DNA of 50,254 nucleotides from Gemmatimonadaceae bacterium (GCA_040374005.1 JBEIVF010000001.1:1-50254); one strand, 5' to 3'; positions 19,377 through 26,934 are shown, counted from the stretch's first letter. Notes: a model not told the origin generated them from the letters alone. Numbers and translations are program-made.

Positions 19377-19448
19377 AGCACGAGAAGCACGGGTGGCACG
19401 AGAAGCACGAAACTGCGATCCCGTGCTACTCGTGCTACTCGTGCTTCT
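19377..19448. repeat. inverted arrays of a 9-nt unit forming a 27-bp hairpin between convergent genes
   Basis: The left arm carries four tandem 9-mers: AGCACGAGA, AGCACGGGT, GGCACGAGA, AGCACGAAA. The right arm carries about three inverted copies (GCTACTCGT x2, then GCTTCT). Positions 19383-19409 pair with 19422-19448 with 1 mismatch and 2 G-U pairs. The right arm includes the last codons and the stop of the histidine kinase. Confidence 0.7.
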
Positions 19449-20475
19449 GCCGGTTCATGTCCCCCGGATCCACCGGAATCCACAGCGTGAAGCTCGACCC
19501 ACGGCCGGGGGCGCTTTCCAGGGTGATGTCGCCGCCGAGGAGTTGCGCGAGGCGGCGCGAGATAGAGAGACCCAGCCCGGTGCCGCGGGCCATGGAGTCG
19601 CCGCGGGGGCCGGCGTCCACCTGCTCGAACTCCTCGAAGATGCGCGCCTGATGGGGCGCGGCGATCCCCACGCCGGTATCCTGGACGGCGAGGGCGATCC
19701 ATACGCCGTGCGCGGCGGGCAGGTGCTGGGGCAGGAACGCGCGGTCCGCCGCCGACTGACTGGCCTCGACCAGCCGCGCCCGCACCGACACGGTCCCACT
19801 CATCGTGAACTTCACGGCGTTCCCCACCAAGTTCACCAGGATCTGGCGCAGGTGCGTGGGGTCGGTGCGCACCCTGGGGAGCGTGGTGCCGATGCTGATC
19901 GACAACGCCAGCCCCTTCTCGATCACGATCGGCTCGATCTCGCTCACCACATCGAGCACGAATGGGCGTAGCGCGAGTGGCTCGGCATGCACCTCCATCC
20001 GTGCGGCCGCGAGCTTGGAGAGATCGAGGATGTCGTCCACGAGCTCGCGGAGATGGTTGGCGCTCGTCTCGATCCGCTCCACCGGGCCGGCCTGCCGCTG
20101 CGTGAGTTCGCCGTAGACGCCCTCGCGGAGCATCTCGACGAAGCCCACGATCGCGGCGAGCGGGGTGCGCAGCTCGTGCGAGACATTGGCGAGGAACTCT
20201 CCCTTGGCGCGGTTGGCCCGCGACAGATCGGAGGCGAGCTGCTCGAGCATCGCGGTGCGTTCGTCGAGCGACCGCGCTTGCCGTCGCACCCGCACGCGAC
20301 CCACGAGCAACGCGATCAGCGCCGCGGCCGCCAGGAACACGAGCGCGACCTGCACGCCGGCCACATCCCCGGCGCGCGCCGCGCGCACGCCGAGCCACAC
20401 CGCCACGCCGATAGCGGTGACCGTGAGGGTGACGGCGAGCCGTCCCCACCTGCGAGTTTGCCACGTGCGCATCAT
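19435..20475 (-). CDS. sensor histidine kinase (membrane-anchored, no adjacent response regulator)
   Basis: The start MMRTWQTRRW at 20475 is followed by two hydrophobic segments, an H-box FLANVSHELRTPL and HATPase_c motifs (LVGNAVKF, DTGVGI, GTGLGLSISRRL). Confidence 0.85.
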   Translation of the reverse strand: MMRTWQTRRWGRLAVTLTVTAIGVAVWLGVRAARAGDVAGVQVALVFLAAAALIALLVGRVRVRRQARSLDERTAMLEQLASDLSRANRAKGEFLANVSHELRTPLAAIVGFVEMLREGVYGELTQRQAGPVERIETSANHLRELVDDILDLSKLAAARMEVHAEPLALRPFVLDVVSEIEPIVIEKGLALSISIGTTLPRVRTDPTHLRQILVNLVGNAVKFTMSGTVSVRARLVEASQSAADRAFLPQHLPAAHGVWIALAVQDTGVGIAAPHQARIFEEFEQVDAGPRGDSMARGTGLGLSISRRLAQLLGGDITLESAPGRGSSFTLWIPVDPGDMNRQKHE

Positions 20476-20493
20476 CCCGTCAGCTTTCTCCCA

Positions 20494-21045
20494 ATGACCG
20501 ACACCGATCGCCTCCTGACCCTCCTCGCCGCGCGCTCCGCCAAGCGCGGCGACTTCGTGCTCGCCTCTGGACGCCGCTCCGATCTCTACGTCGATGCGCG
20601 GCTCACCACCATGGACCCCGCCGGCCTCGCCTTGATCGGCCCGCTCGGCCTCGCGGCGATCGAGGACGCTGGGTGGAACGCGACCGCGGTCGGTGGACTG
20701 ACCTTGGGCGCTGATCCCGTCGCCTATGCCATCGCGTATGCGTCGGCACTCGCCGAACGTCCGGTGCGCGCCTTCACGGTGCGGAAGGAAGCGAAAGCGC
20801 ACGGAACGGGCAAGCTCGTCGAAGGTCCGTTCGCCGCCGGCGACCGTTGCGTCATCGTGGAAGATGTCATCACGACGGGCGGTTCGGCGCTCAAGGCGAT
20901 GCAGGCCGTGCAGGCGCACGGCGGGATCGTCGTCGGCGTGCTCGCGGTCGTGGACCGCGAGGAGGGCGGACGGGAGGCGATCGAAGCGACCGGGGTTCCC
21001 GTGCGCACGCTGGCGACCCGCACGCGGATCGTCGCGCTCCTGTAG
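20494..21045 (+). CDS. pyrE: orotate phosphoribosyltransferase
   Basis: 183 aa. Typical PyrE features are FVLASGRRSDLYVDARL and the PRPP loop VIVEDVITTGGS. The ATG at 20494 lies 18 bp from the divergent kinase start. Confidence 0.9.
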   Translation: MTDTDRLLTLLAARSAKRGDFVLASGRRSDLYVDARLTTMDPAGLALIGPLGLAAIEDAGWNATAVGGLTLGADPVAYAIAYASALAERPVRAFTVRKEAKAHGTGKLVEGPFAAGDRCVIVEDVITTGGSALKAMQAVQAHGGIVVGVLAVVDREEGGREAIEATGVPVRTLATRTRIVALL

Positions 21046-21070
21046 CGCTCCTGTAGCGCCCCTCGGCGGC

Positions 21071-21937
21071 CTACAGCCCTGGGGCGAGGGGGCGGAGGTG
21101 CCCGAGCGTGGCGCGGTGCGGGAGCACCAACTCGGTGCGGAAGCGCTCGAGCATGCCCTCGCCATCGTATCGGCGGCGGAACGCACTCGCCGAGAGGTCG
21201 AGCATGGTCCGGACATGCCGGCCGAAGCTCTGTGGCGACGAGTACTCGAGCGTGTACGCCACGGACGCGATGGAGAGCCCCGAGTTCTCAAGTAAGCGCG
21301 CGGCGCGCATCAGGCGGACGTAACTCAAGTACTTCTTGGGCGCTGGCAGGCCGACGCGCAGGAACCGACTCATCAACGTGCTCGGCACGACGCCCAGCGT
21401 GGTGCACAGGGCGCGCACGGTGCCGACCGAGCGCGGTGCGCGGAGGATGGTCTCGAAGAAGAGCCAACAGTCGTCCGACACGTTCGAGAGATCGACGGCC
21501 AAGCGCGACAGCGCGATGCGTTCGATGTCGCCGATGGCTTCGGTGCGCAGCACGTCGCGCAGTTCGCGCCACCCGCCGGCCGCGCGCACATCGACGAGCG
21601 TGCGCACGCCGCTACGTCCGAGCGCGAGCACGTTGCGCGCCGCTTCGCTGTCATTGGACGAGAGGATCGCGACCGCCGCCGTGGTCGGGAACTCGCGGAC
21701 GACGGCGGCCAAGCGTGGAGAGTCGCCCGCCGCGCAGCGCGTCGCGGAGAGCAGCATCGCGGTGGCGCGATGCTCCCGGATATCGCGCACGGCGTCGTCC
21801 AGCGACTCGCGATGAATCGCGCGGTAAAAGCCCTCGCCGGCCGAATCCACCGGGACGCGCTCGCTCAGATCGAGCAGGGTGGTGACCACGGGCGAGCGAC
21901 GAATGCGTGGCACGGGACCGGCCGGGGGAGACGACAT
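21071..21937 (-). CDS. AraC-family transcriptional regulator with a receiver-like N-terminal domain
   Basis: The C-terminal AraC double HTH is visible (VRALCTTLGVVPSTLMSRFLR...IASVAYTLEYSSPQSFGRHVR). The N-terminal roughly 120 aa has an alternating beta/alpha receiver-like pattern, but the expected phospho-acceptor position reads LLSA. This is an impression only. Confidence 0.75.
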   Translation of the reverse strand: MSSPPAGPVPRIRRSPVVTTLLDLSERVPVDSAGEGFYRAIHRESLDDAVRDIREHRATAMLLSATRCAAGDSPRLAAVVREFPTTAAVAILSSNDSEAARNVLALGRSGVRTLVDVRAAGGWRELRDVLRTEAIGDIERIALSRLAVDLSNVSDDCWLFFETILRAPRSVGTVRALCTTLGVVPSTLMSRFLRVGLPAPKKYLSYVRLMRAARLLENSGLSIASVAYTLEYSSPQSFGRHVRTMLDLSASAFRRRYDGEGMLERFRTELVLPHRATLGHLRPLAPGL

Positions 21938-22007
21938 GGGATCCTCAGCGAAGGGTGTGCGCGGAACATCGGCGCAGTCGTCACCCCCCCGTCATCGGCT
22001 TTTCGGT

Positions 22008-22036
22008 TTGTGGTGCAGCCCCGGTGCGAGTACCTT
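22008..22036 (+). promoter_or_regulatory. possible sigma-70-type promoter for rnpB
   Basis: TTGTGG, a 17-nt spacer, then TACCTT, ending 9 nt before the predicted 5-prime end of the RNase P RNA. This is a pattern match only. Confidence 0.25.
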
Positions 22037-22045
22037 TCCGGTGTT

Positions 22046-22420
22046 GATACGATCGGCCGGACGATCGCGTCGGGGTCGCGAGATCCCGCCGAGGAACGTC
22101 CGGGCTCCACGGACAGACTGCCAGGTAACGCCTGGGCACGGACCCCCGTGACGGATAGTGCCACAGAGAATAGACCGCCGATGCGTTCGCGTGTCGGTAA
22201 GGGTGAAACGGTGGGGTAAGAGCCCACCGCGTGTTCGGCAACGGACACGGCACGGCAAACCCCAGTCGGAGCAAGGCCAAGTAGGCGATGAGGCGCAGTC
22301 CACGCCGATAAAGACATCGCGGGTCGGCCGCTTGAGGGGCTGGGTGACCATCCTCCTAGAGAAATGATCGTCCGAAGCGTGTTGGCTTCGACAGGACCCG
22401 GCGTACAGGCCGGTCGTATC
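22046..22420 (+). ncRNA. rnpB: RNase P RNA, bacterial type A
   Basis: Conserved blocks are present: GAGGAACGTCCGGGCTCCA, GGTAACGCCTGGG, GATAGTGCCACAGAGAA, GGTAAGGGTGAAACGGTGGGGTAAGAGCCCACC and ACAGGACCCGGCGTAC. P1 pairing joins 5-prime GATACGATCGGCC to 3-prime GGCCGGTCGTATC. The ends are good to within a few nt. Confidence 0.9.
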
Positions 22421-23266
22421 AACACCCCACTCTGGCGCGCACTCGTTGCCGGAGTGGGCCTGCTCGGTGCCTGTGCTCCGCGAGGACCCGCGCCACGTGG
22501 CGTGCCGACTCCCGTCGCCACGCCCGTCGCGGTCGCGCCCGTTCCGGTCGTCACCACCGTCGCGATCGCCACGCCATCGGTGGATGCGCGCTACACGATG
22601 CGCACCGATGCCATCATCGACACCCGAGCCGATACGCTCGCGCGACGCGACACCGTGCGCACGACGAGCGGCCTCCGGGTCACGCCGCGCGGATCGGCGT
22701 TCGATATCCTGCTCGACTCGCATGTGGTGATGCGGCGCGGCGTGGCACCACTCCCGCTCGTGCGTGGCGCGCGGGCACTCGCGCGACGGATCACGGGCAG
22801 CACGGTCGAGTTCGCGGGCGCGGGCATGGAGCACCCATGTGCGAGCCCGGCCCGGGCCGCGTTCGAGGCGACGCGTGACCTGTGGGTCTCCTGGCCATCG
22901 TCGCTGCGCGTCGATGCACGGTGGACGGACTCGACGACCACCGCCGTGTGTCGCGATGGCGTACCGCTGTCGCTCACGACCCTCCGCCAATACCGCGTGG
23001 AGCGTGTGCTCAGCGATACGCTCCTCATCGTGCGACGCGAAGCCTTCTTGCACGTCGAGGGGAATGGCCTGCTCCGCGGCGACCCCACCCGGATCACCGG
23101 CGACGGCACGAGCGAGGCCTTGCTCTACCTGCGCCCGACCACTGGATGGATCGACTCGGCGCGCGTCAGTGGCGTGCTCCGCCTCACGGTGCGCGGCACG
23201 GTGCGCACGCAGCAGGTGGAACAACGGACGCACAGCCAGATACACCGCGCGCCGAACATCCCGTAG
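22364..23266 (+). CDS. hypothetical lipoprotein (start uncertain)
   Basis: The 300-aa ORF has a lipobox-like LLGAC near residue 37. Every canonical start upstream of 22454 lies inside rnpB. The next in-frame start (GTG at 22454) would leave only 6 residues before the Cys. Confidence 0.5.
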   Translation: MIVRSVLASTGPGVQAGRINTPLWRALVAGVGLLGACAPRGPAPRGVPTPVATPVAVAPVPVVTTVAIATPSVDARYTMRTDAIIDTRADTLARRDTVRTTSGLRVTPRGSAFDILLDSHVVMRRGVAPLPLVRGARALARRITGSTVEFAGAGMEHPCASPARAAFEATRDLWVSWPSSLRVDARWTDSTTTAVCRDGVPLSLTTLRQYRVERVLSDTLLIVRREAFLHVEGNGLLRGDPTRITGDGTSEALLYLRPTTGWIDSARVSGVLRLTVRGTVRTQQVEQRTHSQIHRAPNIP

Positions 23267-23281
23267 GATGTTCGGCGCGCG
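23246..23281. terminator. perfect 15-bp hairpin between convergent genes (bidirectional terminator candidate)
   Basis: cgcgcgccgaacatc-ccgtag-gatgttcggcgcgcg. The loop contains the TAG stop of the upstream ORF. The hairpin sits between that ORF and the dnaN 3-prime end. Confidence 0.6.
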
Positions 23282-23303
23282 TGATGCGTGACCGACGGGC
23301 GGC

Positions 23304-24413
23304 TCAGTCGACGAGGCGCAGCGGCATCAACAAGCACAGATAACTGCCCGGCTTGTCCCAGCCCTCAGGCTCGATCGTGCACGCCCGCTCCGGCGAATGG
23401 AACGTGAACTTGAGTTCGTCCGTGGGCAGGTAGCGCAGCATCTCGAGCAAGTACGCGGCGTTGAAGCCGATGTCGAGCGGATCGCCGGTGTAGCGCACCG
23501 TGAGTTCGTCCTGCGCTTCGCCCAGGTCCGGCGTGCTCACGCTGAACTTCACCATGCCGGCGTTGAACGACAACCGGATGCGGTGCGTCTGATCCGACGC
23601 CACGATGCTCATGCGCCGGAGCGCGCTCGTGAACGCGACCTTGTCGACGTACGCGATGCGATCGTTGTCGCGTGGGATCACCTGGTCGTAATTGGGATAC
23701 GGCCCTTCGATGAGTCGTGTGTACACGACCGTCAGTGGTGACCGGAAGGCGAGATGATTGTCGCCGCGCGCGATCTCCAGCTCTTCTTCGGCGGGGAACA
23801 GCTTGCGGATCTGCTCGAGCGCCTTGGGCGGGATGATCAGATCGGTCGGCACCGGACCGCCGCTGGCCGGCAATTCCATCTTCGCGAGGCGATGTCCGTT
23901 GGTCGCGACCATGCGCATGCTATCGGGCTTCAGCTCCCACAGCACGCCGTTGAGGATCGGTCGGCTCTCTTCGGTCGACGCCGCGAAGGCCACGTGGGAG
24001 ATGAGCTGCTGCAACTCGCTCGACGGGATGCGCCAGCTCTGATCGAAGCGCACCGACGGCGGCGCCGGGAACTCACTCTTCGGCAAGCCCAGCAACTTGA
24101 ACTTCGAGCGCCCGCACTCGAGCGTGACCCGCTGTTCGCCTTGCGCCGCGATCTTCACTGGCGATGGCGGCAACTCCCGCGCGATCTCCGTCAGCTTCTT
24201 CGCGGGGATCGTGATCGATCCTGGTGACTCGACGTCAGCGCTCACTTCCGTGCTGACCGCGATATCGAGATCAGTCCCGGAGATGCGGATGCCGCGATCC
24301 GTCGTTTCCACGAGCAGATTGGCGAGCACCGGTAGGGTCGTCTTCGACGGGATCACCGAGGCGACCGCCGCGAGTCCTTCTTGCAACTTTTCGCGAGAGA
24401 TGGTGAAGCGCAT
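23304..24413 (-). CDS. dnaN: DNA polymerase III beta sliding clamp
   Basis: 369 aa. MRFTISREKLQEGLAAVASVIPSKTTLPVLANLLVE is the typical DnaN N-terminus, and the three-domain length fits. Confidence 0.95.
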   Translation of the reverse strand: MRFTISREKLQEGLAAVASVIPSKTTLPVLANLLVETTDRGIRISGTDLDIAVSTEVSADVESPGSITIPAKKLTEIARELPPSPVKIAAQGEQRVTLECGRSKFKLLGLPKSEFPAPPSVRFDQSWRIPSSELQQLISHVAFAASTEESRPILNGVLWELKPDSMRMVATNGHRLAKMELPASGGPVPTDLIIPPKALEQIRKLFPAEEELEIARGDNHLAFRSPLTVVYTRLIEGPYPNYDQVIPRDNDRIAYVDKVAFTSALRRMSIVASDQTHRIRLSFNAGMVKFSVSTPDLGEAQDELTVRYTGDPLDIGFNAAYLLEMLRYLPTDELKFTFHSPERACTIEPEGWDKPGSYLCLLMPLRLVD

Positions 24414-24638
24414 GCGCTTTCCTGGAAAACGACCCGTCCGGGCCTGTGATGGTCAGTGAGTTATCAGATCCGGAACAACGGCAGAAGTAATAGTAATGTG
24501 GAGAGCGTGGAAGAACTCCGGAAGTCTATGCGGTCATTGACGATGGATCGCTTTTGACCGCGTGGAAAGGGTGTGGGAATCGTGTGCACAACCCGGTTAT
24601 CCCCATCCCCCGTCCGCCGACCGCCGGATCCACGTGAA
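24414..24638. other. oriC: candidate oriC (dnaA-dnaN spacer with DnaA-box-like 9-mers and an AT-rich tract)
   Basis: This 225-bp non-coding spacer has clearly lower GC than its flanks. It contains TTATCCCCA (24597-24605, 8/9 to TTATCCACA), the reverse complements CTCTCCACA (24497-24505), CTTTCCACG (24561-24569) and TTGTGCACA (24583-24591) at 7/9 each, and the tandem AGTAATAGTAAT at 24486-24497. Confidence 0.5.
24597..24605 (+). promoter_or_regulatory. DnaA-box-like 9-mer TTATCCCCA
   Basis: 8/9 match to the consensus TTATCCACA. Confidence 0.45.
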
Positions 24639-26024
24639 CTAATGGGGAGAACCGAGACGTTTCCGCAGGTTCTCCACACGTTCCCGGAAGTGCGGTTCCG
24701 TCTGGAGCATCTCCTCAACGCGCTCCAAGCTGTGGATGACCGTGGAGTGATCGCGGTTGCCGAACGCGGCCCCGATCTCCACCAACTGGAGGCCGGTGAT
24801 CTGCCGCAGCAGGTACATCGCCGCCTGGCGCGGTACCGTGAGCGTCTTGGTGCGGGTCTTGGACCGGAGTCCATCGACCGTCACGCCCCACTCCGCCGCC
24901 ACGGCCTGCTGGATGCCCACCACCAGCGTATCGGTGGCGAGGTCTGCCCCGGGGTCGTCGGCGTTGCGCAACTTGTCCCGCAGGGCCTCGCGGGCCAAGC
25001 CGAGGGTGATGGCCGACCGCTTGAGGGACGCGTAGGCCAGCAGCTTGAGGATGGAGCCCTCCAGCTCACGCACATTGGTCCGCACGTGCTCGGCGATGAA
25101 CCGAATGACGTCGTCGCCGATGGTGTGCTCCAGGTGGTCCACCTGGGCTTTTTGGCGCAGGATGGCGATCCGGTGCTCGAGATCGGGGATGGCGATGTCG
25201 GTGACCATGCCCCACGCGAAGCGCGAGACGAGGCGCTGCTCGAGGCGCGGGATCTCGTCGGGCGGGCGGTCGGAGGTCAGGACGATCTGCCGGCCGGCCT
25301 CGTAGAGGGCGTTGAACGTATGGAAGAACTCTTCCTGGGTCTGTTCACCGCGGCTGATGAAGTGCACGTCGTCGACGAGCAGCAGATCGGTCTCGCGGTA
25401 CTGGCGGCGGAAGAGGTGCGTGGTCCGCTGGTTGATGGCCGAGATCAGATCGTTCATGAACTGTTCGGCGGAGATATAGACGATGCGGGCGGTGGGATCG
25501 CGCTGGAGGATGTCGTGGGCGACGCCCTGCATCAAATGGGTCTTTCCGAGGCCGGTGGGACCGTAGATGAAGAGCGGATTGTAGGCCGTACCGGGCTGTT
25601 GCGCGACCGCCGCCGCCGCCGCCGCCGCGAGCTCATTGGACTTACCGATGACGAAATTGTCGAACGTATACCGTATCGACAGTGATGGTATGGTGGCGTT
25701 CTGCTGTGTCGTCGGTGTAGCTGGTCGAGGCGCTTTTTCGACGAAGAGGTCCATCTGTGCGCGCTTGACCCGCTCGGCCTGCACCTTGAACTGGATGCGG
25801 ATCGGGTGGCCCAGGGCGACTGGGGCGAGGCGCTCGAGCACGGCGCCGTGCTTTTGTTCGTTCCACTCCACCGACCACTGGTCGGGGGCGGTCACCGTCA
25901 GCGTCTGCTCGTCGATCGAGTCGGCGGTCAGCGGGGTGAGCCAAGTAGAGACGACCTGTTCCGGGAGTTCGATCTTGGCGCGATCGAGGAGTCGGGTCCA
26001 GGCTTCTGCGGGAGTTAGTGACAT
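24639..26024 (-). CDS. dnaA: chromosomal replication initiator protein DnaA
   Basis: 461 aa. AAA+ Walker A GPTGLGKTHL, LLVDDVHF, and the C-terminal DNA-binding helix (HSTVIHSLERVEE). Confidence 0.95.
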   Translation of the reverse strand: MSLTPAEAWTRLLDRAKIELPEQVVSTWLTPLTADSIDEQTLTVTAPDQWSVEWNEQKHGAVLERLAPVALGHPIRIQFKVQAERVKRAQMDLFVEKAPRPATPTTQQNATIPSLSIRYTFDNFVIGKSNELAAAAAAAVAQQPGTAYNPLFIYGPTGLGKTHLMQGVAHDILQRDPTARIVYISAEQFMNDLISAINQRTTHLFRRQYRETDLLLVDDVHFISRGEQTQEEFFHTFNALYEAGRQIVLTSDRPPDEIPRLEQRLVSRFAWGMVTDIAIPDLEHRIAILRQKAQVDHLEHTIGDDVIRFIAEHVRTNVRELEGSILKLLAYASLKRSAITLGLAREALRDKLRNADDPGADLATDTLVVGIQQAVAAEWGVTVDGLRSKTRTKTLTVPRQAAMYLLRQITGLQLVEIGAAFGNRDHSTVIHSLERVEEMLQTEPHFRERVENLRKRLGSPH

Positions 26025-26075
26025 TCTGCGGGCTGACGGACATCGGAGCTTGGGGGGGCGATTCTATGGTCCGTT

Positions 26076-26084
26076 TGTGGAAAA
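26076..26084 (-). promoter_or_regulatory. DnaA box TTTTCCACA upstream of dnaA
   Basis: The plus strand reads TGTGGAAAA, whose reverse complement TTTTCCACA matches the consensus at 8/9. It lies 52 bp upstream of the dnaA start and is plausibly an autoregulatory box. Confidence 0.5.
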
Positions 26085-26119
26085 GTCAACGCGAGCGAAC
26101 CCCGAACGTCCGTGACGTC

Positions 26120-26148
26120 TTGAACCATCTCCAAGTCTGGGTTACGTT
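26120..26148 (+). promoter_or_regulatory. possible promoter for rpmH
   Basis: TTGAAC, a 17-nt spacer, then TACGTT, about 47 nt upstream of the rpmH ATG. This is a pattern match only. Confidence 0.25.
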
Positions 26149-26194
26149 TAGCGTTCTGTATCTCACGAAAATCAGTTGTTACCTGGAGCCGTAG

Positions 26195-26359
26195 ATGGGC
26201 AAGCCGACCTACCGTCCGCGCAACAAGCGCCGCATTCGCACGCACGGCTTCCGTGCGCGGATGGAAACCAAGTGGGGCCGTGAGGTCCTGAGCCGTCGCC
26301 GTAAGAAGGGCCGCAAGCGCCTGACGGTGAAGCTCCCCTCGAAGTACGCTGGCGCCTGA
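26195..26359 (+). CDS. rpmH: 50S ribosomal protein L34
   Basis: This 54-aa ORF is absent from the track because it is below the length cut-off. It reads [45 protein letters not shown], with GGAG 6 nt upstream of the ATG. Confidence 0.9.
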   Translation: MGKPTYRPRNKRRIRTHGFRARMETKWGREVLSRRRKKGRKRLTVKLPSKYAGA

Positions 26360-26414
26360 GTCGGAGCGATTTCCTCGGCGCTGTCGTCTGACGCGCGCCG
26401 AGGATCTCCAACGC

Positions 26415-26699
26415 GTGCGCGCTTCGGGCGCGCGGCTTCGCGTGCCGTCTCTCGATGTCCGCACCCTCCCGAACGCGCTGTCACACGCACGCATCGGCAT
26501 CGTGGTGCCCAAGTACGGAGCGACGGCAGTGCAACGCAATCTGATCAAACGTCGTTTGCGCGAGCTGGCGCGCCGCGAATTACTCGCGGCGCTCCCGCCG
26601 TGCGACGTCGTGCTCTGGGCTACCCCTGGCGCGTATCGCATCGATTTCGACGCGCTCCGCGCGTCGGTCGTGCGGGCGCGCGAGTTGCTCGCGCCGTGA
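26415..26699 (+). CDS. rnpA: ribonuclease P protein component (5-prime end unresolved)
   Basis: [24 protein letters not shown] is the RnpA RNR motif region. Family-like sequence ([11 protein letters not shown]) continues in frame upstream of the first canonical start at 26415. Confidence 0.85.
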   Translation: MRASGARLRVPSLDVRTLPNALSHARIGIVVPKYGATAVQRNLIKRRLRELARRELLAALPPCDVVLWATPGAYRIDFDALRASVVRARELLAP

Positions 26700-26923
26700 T
26701 CCGCCAGGCGGCGCAGTGGACCATGCTGTTGATCATCCGTGGGTATCAGGTGATCCTGGGTCCGCTGCTGCCCCCGGCGTGTCGTTACGTTCCAAGCTGT
26801 TCCGTCTATGGGATCGAGGCGGTGGAACGCCACGGTCCTTGGCGCGGCGGATGGCTCGCCGTGTGCCGCATCGCGCGTTGCCATCCGTTCCGACGCGGTG
26901 GCTACGATCCCGTCCCTGACTGA
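26696..26923 (+). CDS. yidD: membrane protein insertion efficiency factor YidD
   Basis: The GTG at 26696 overlaps the rnpA stop (GTGA). The motif [19 protein letters not shown]...RCHPF is diagnostic. Confidence 0.85.
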   Translation: MIRQAAQWTMLLIIRGYQVILGPLLPPACRYVPSCSVYGIEAVERHGPWRGGWLAVCRIARCHPFRRGGYDPVPD

Positions 26924-26934
26924 GATATCCGCCA

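Noticed and set aside
24464-24874. A 136-aa minus-strand ORF covering the dnaA-dnaN spacer and the dnaA 3-prime end.
   Set aside because: It overlaps dnaA out of frame and runs through the AT-rich putative origin. It has an implausible composition and no start context.
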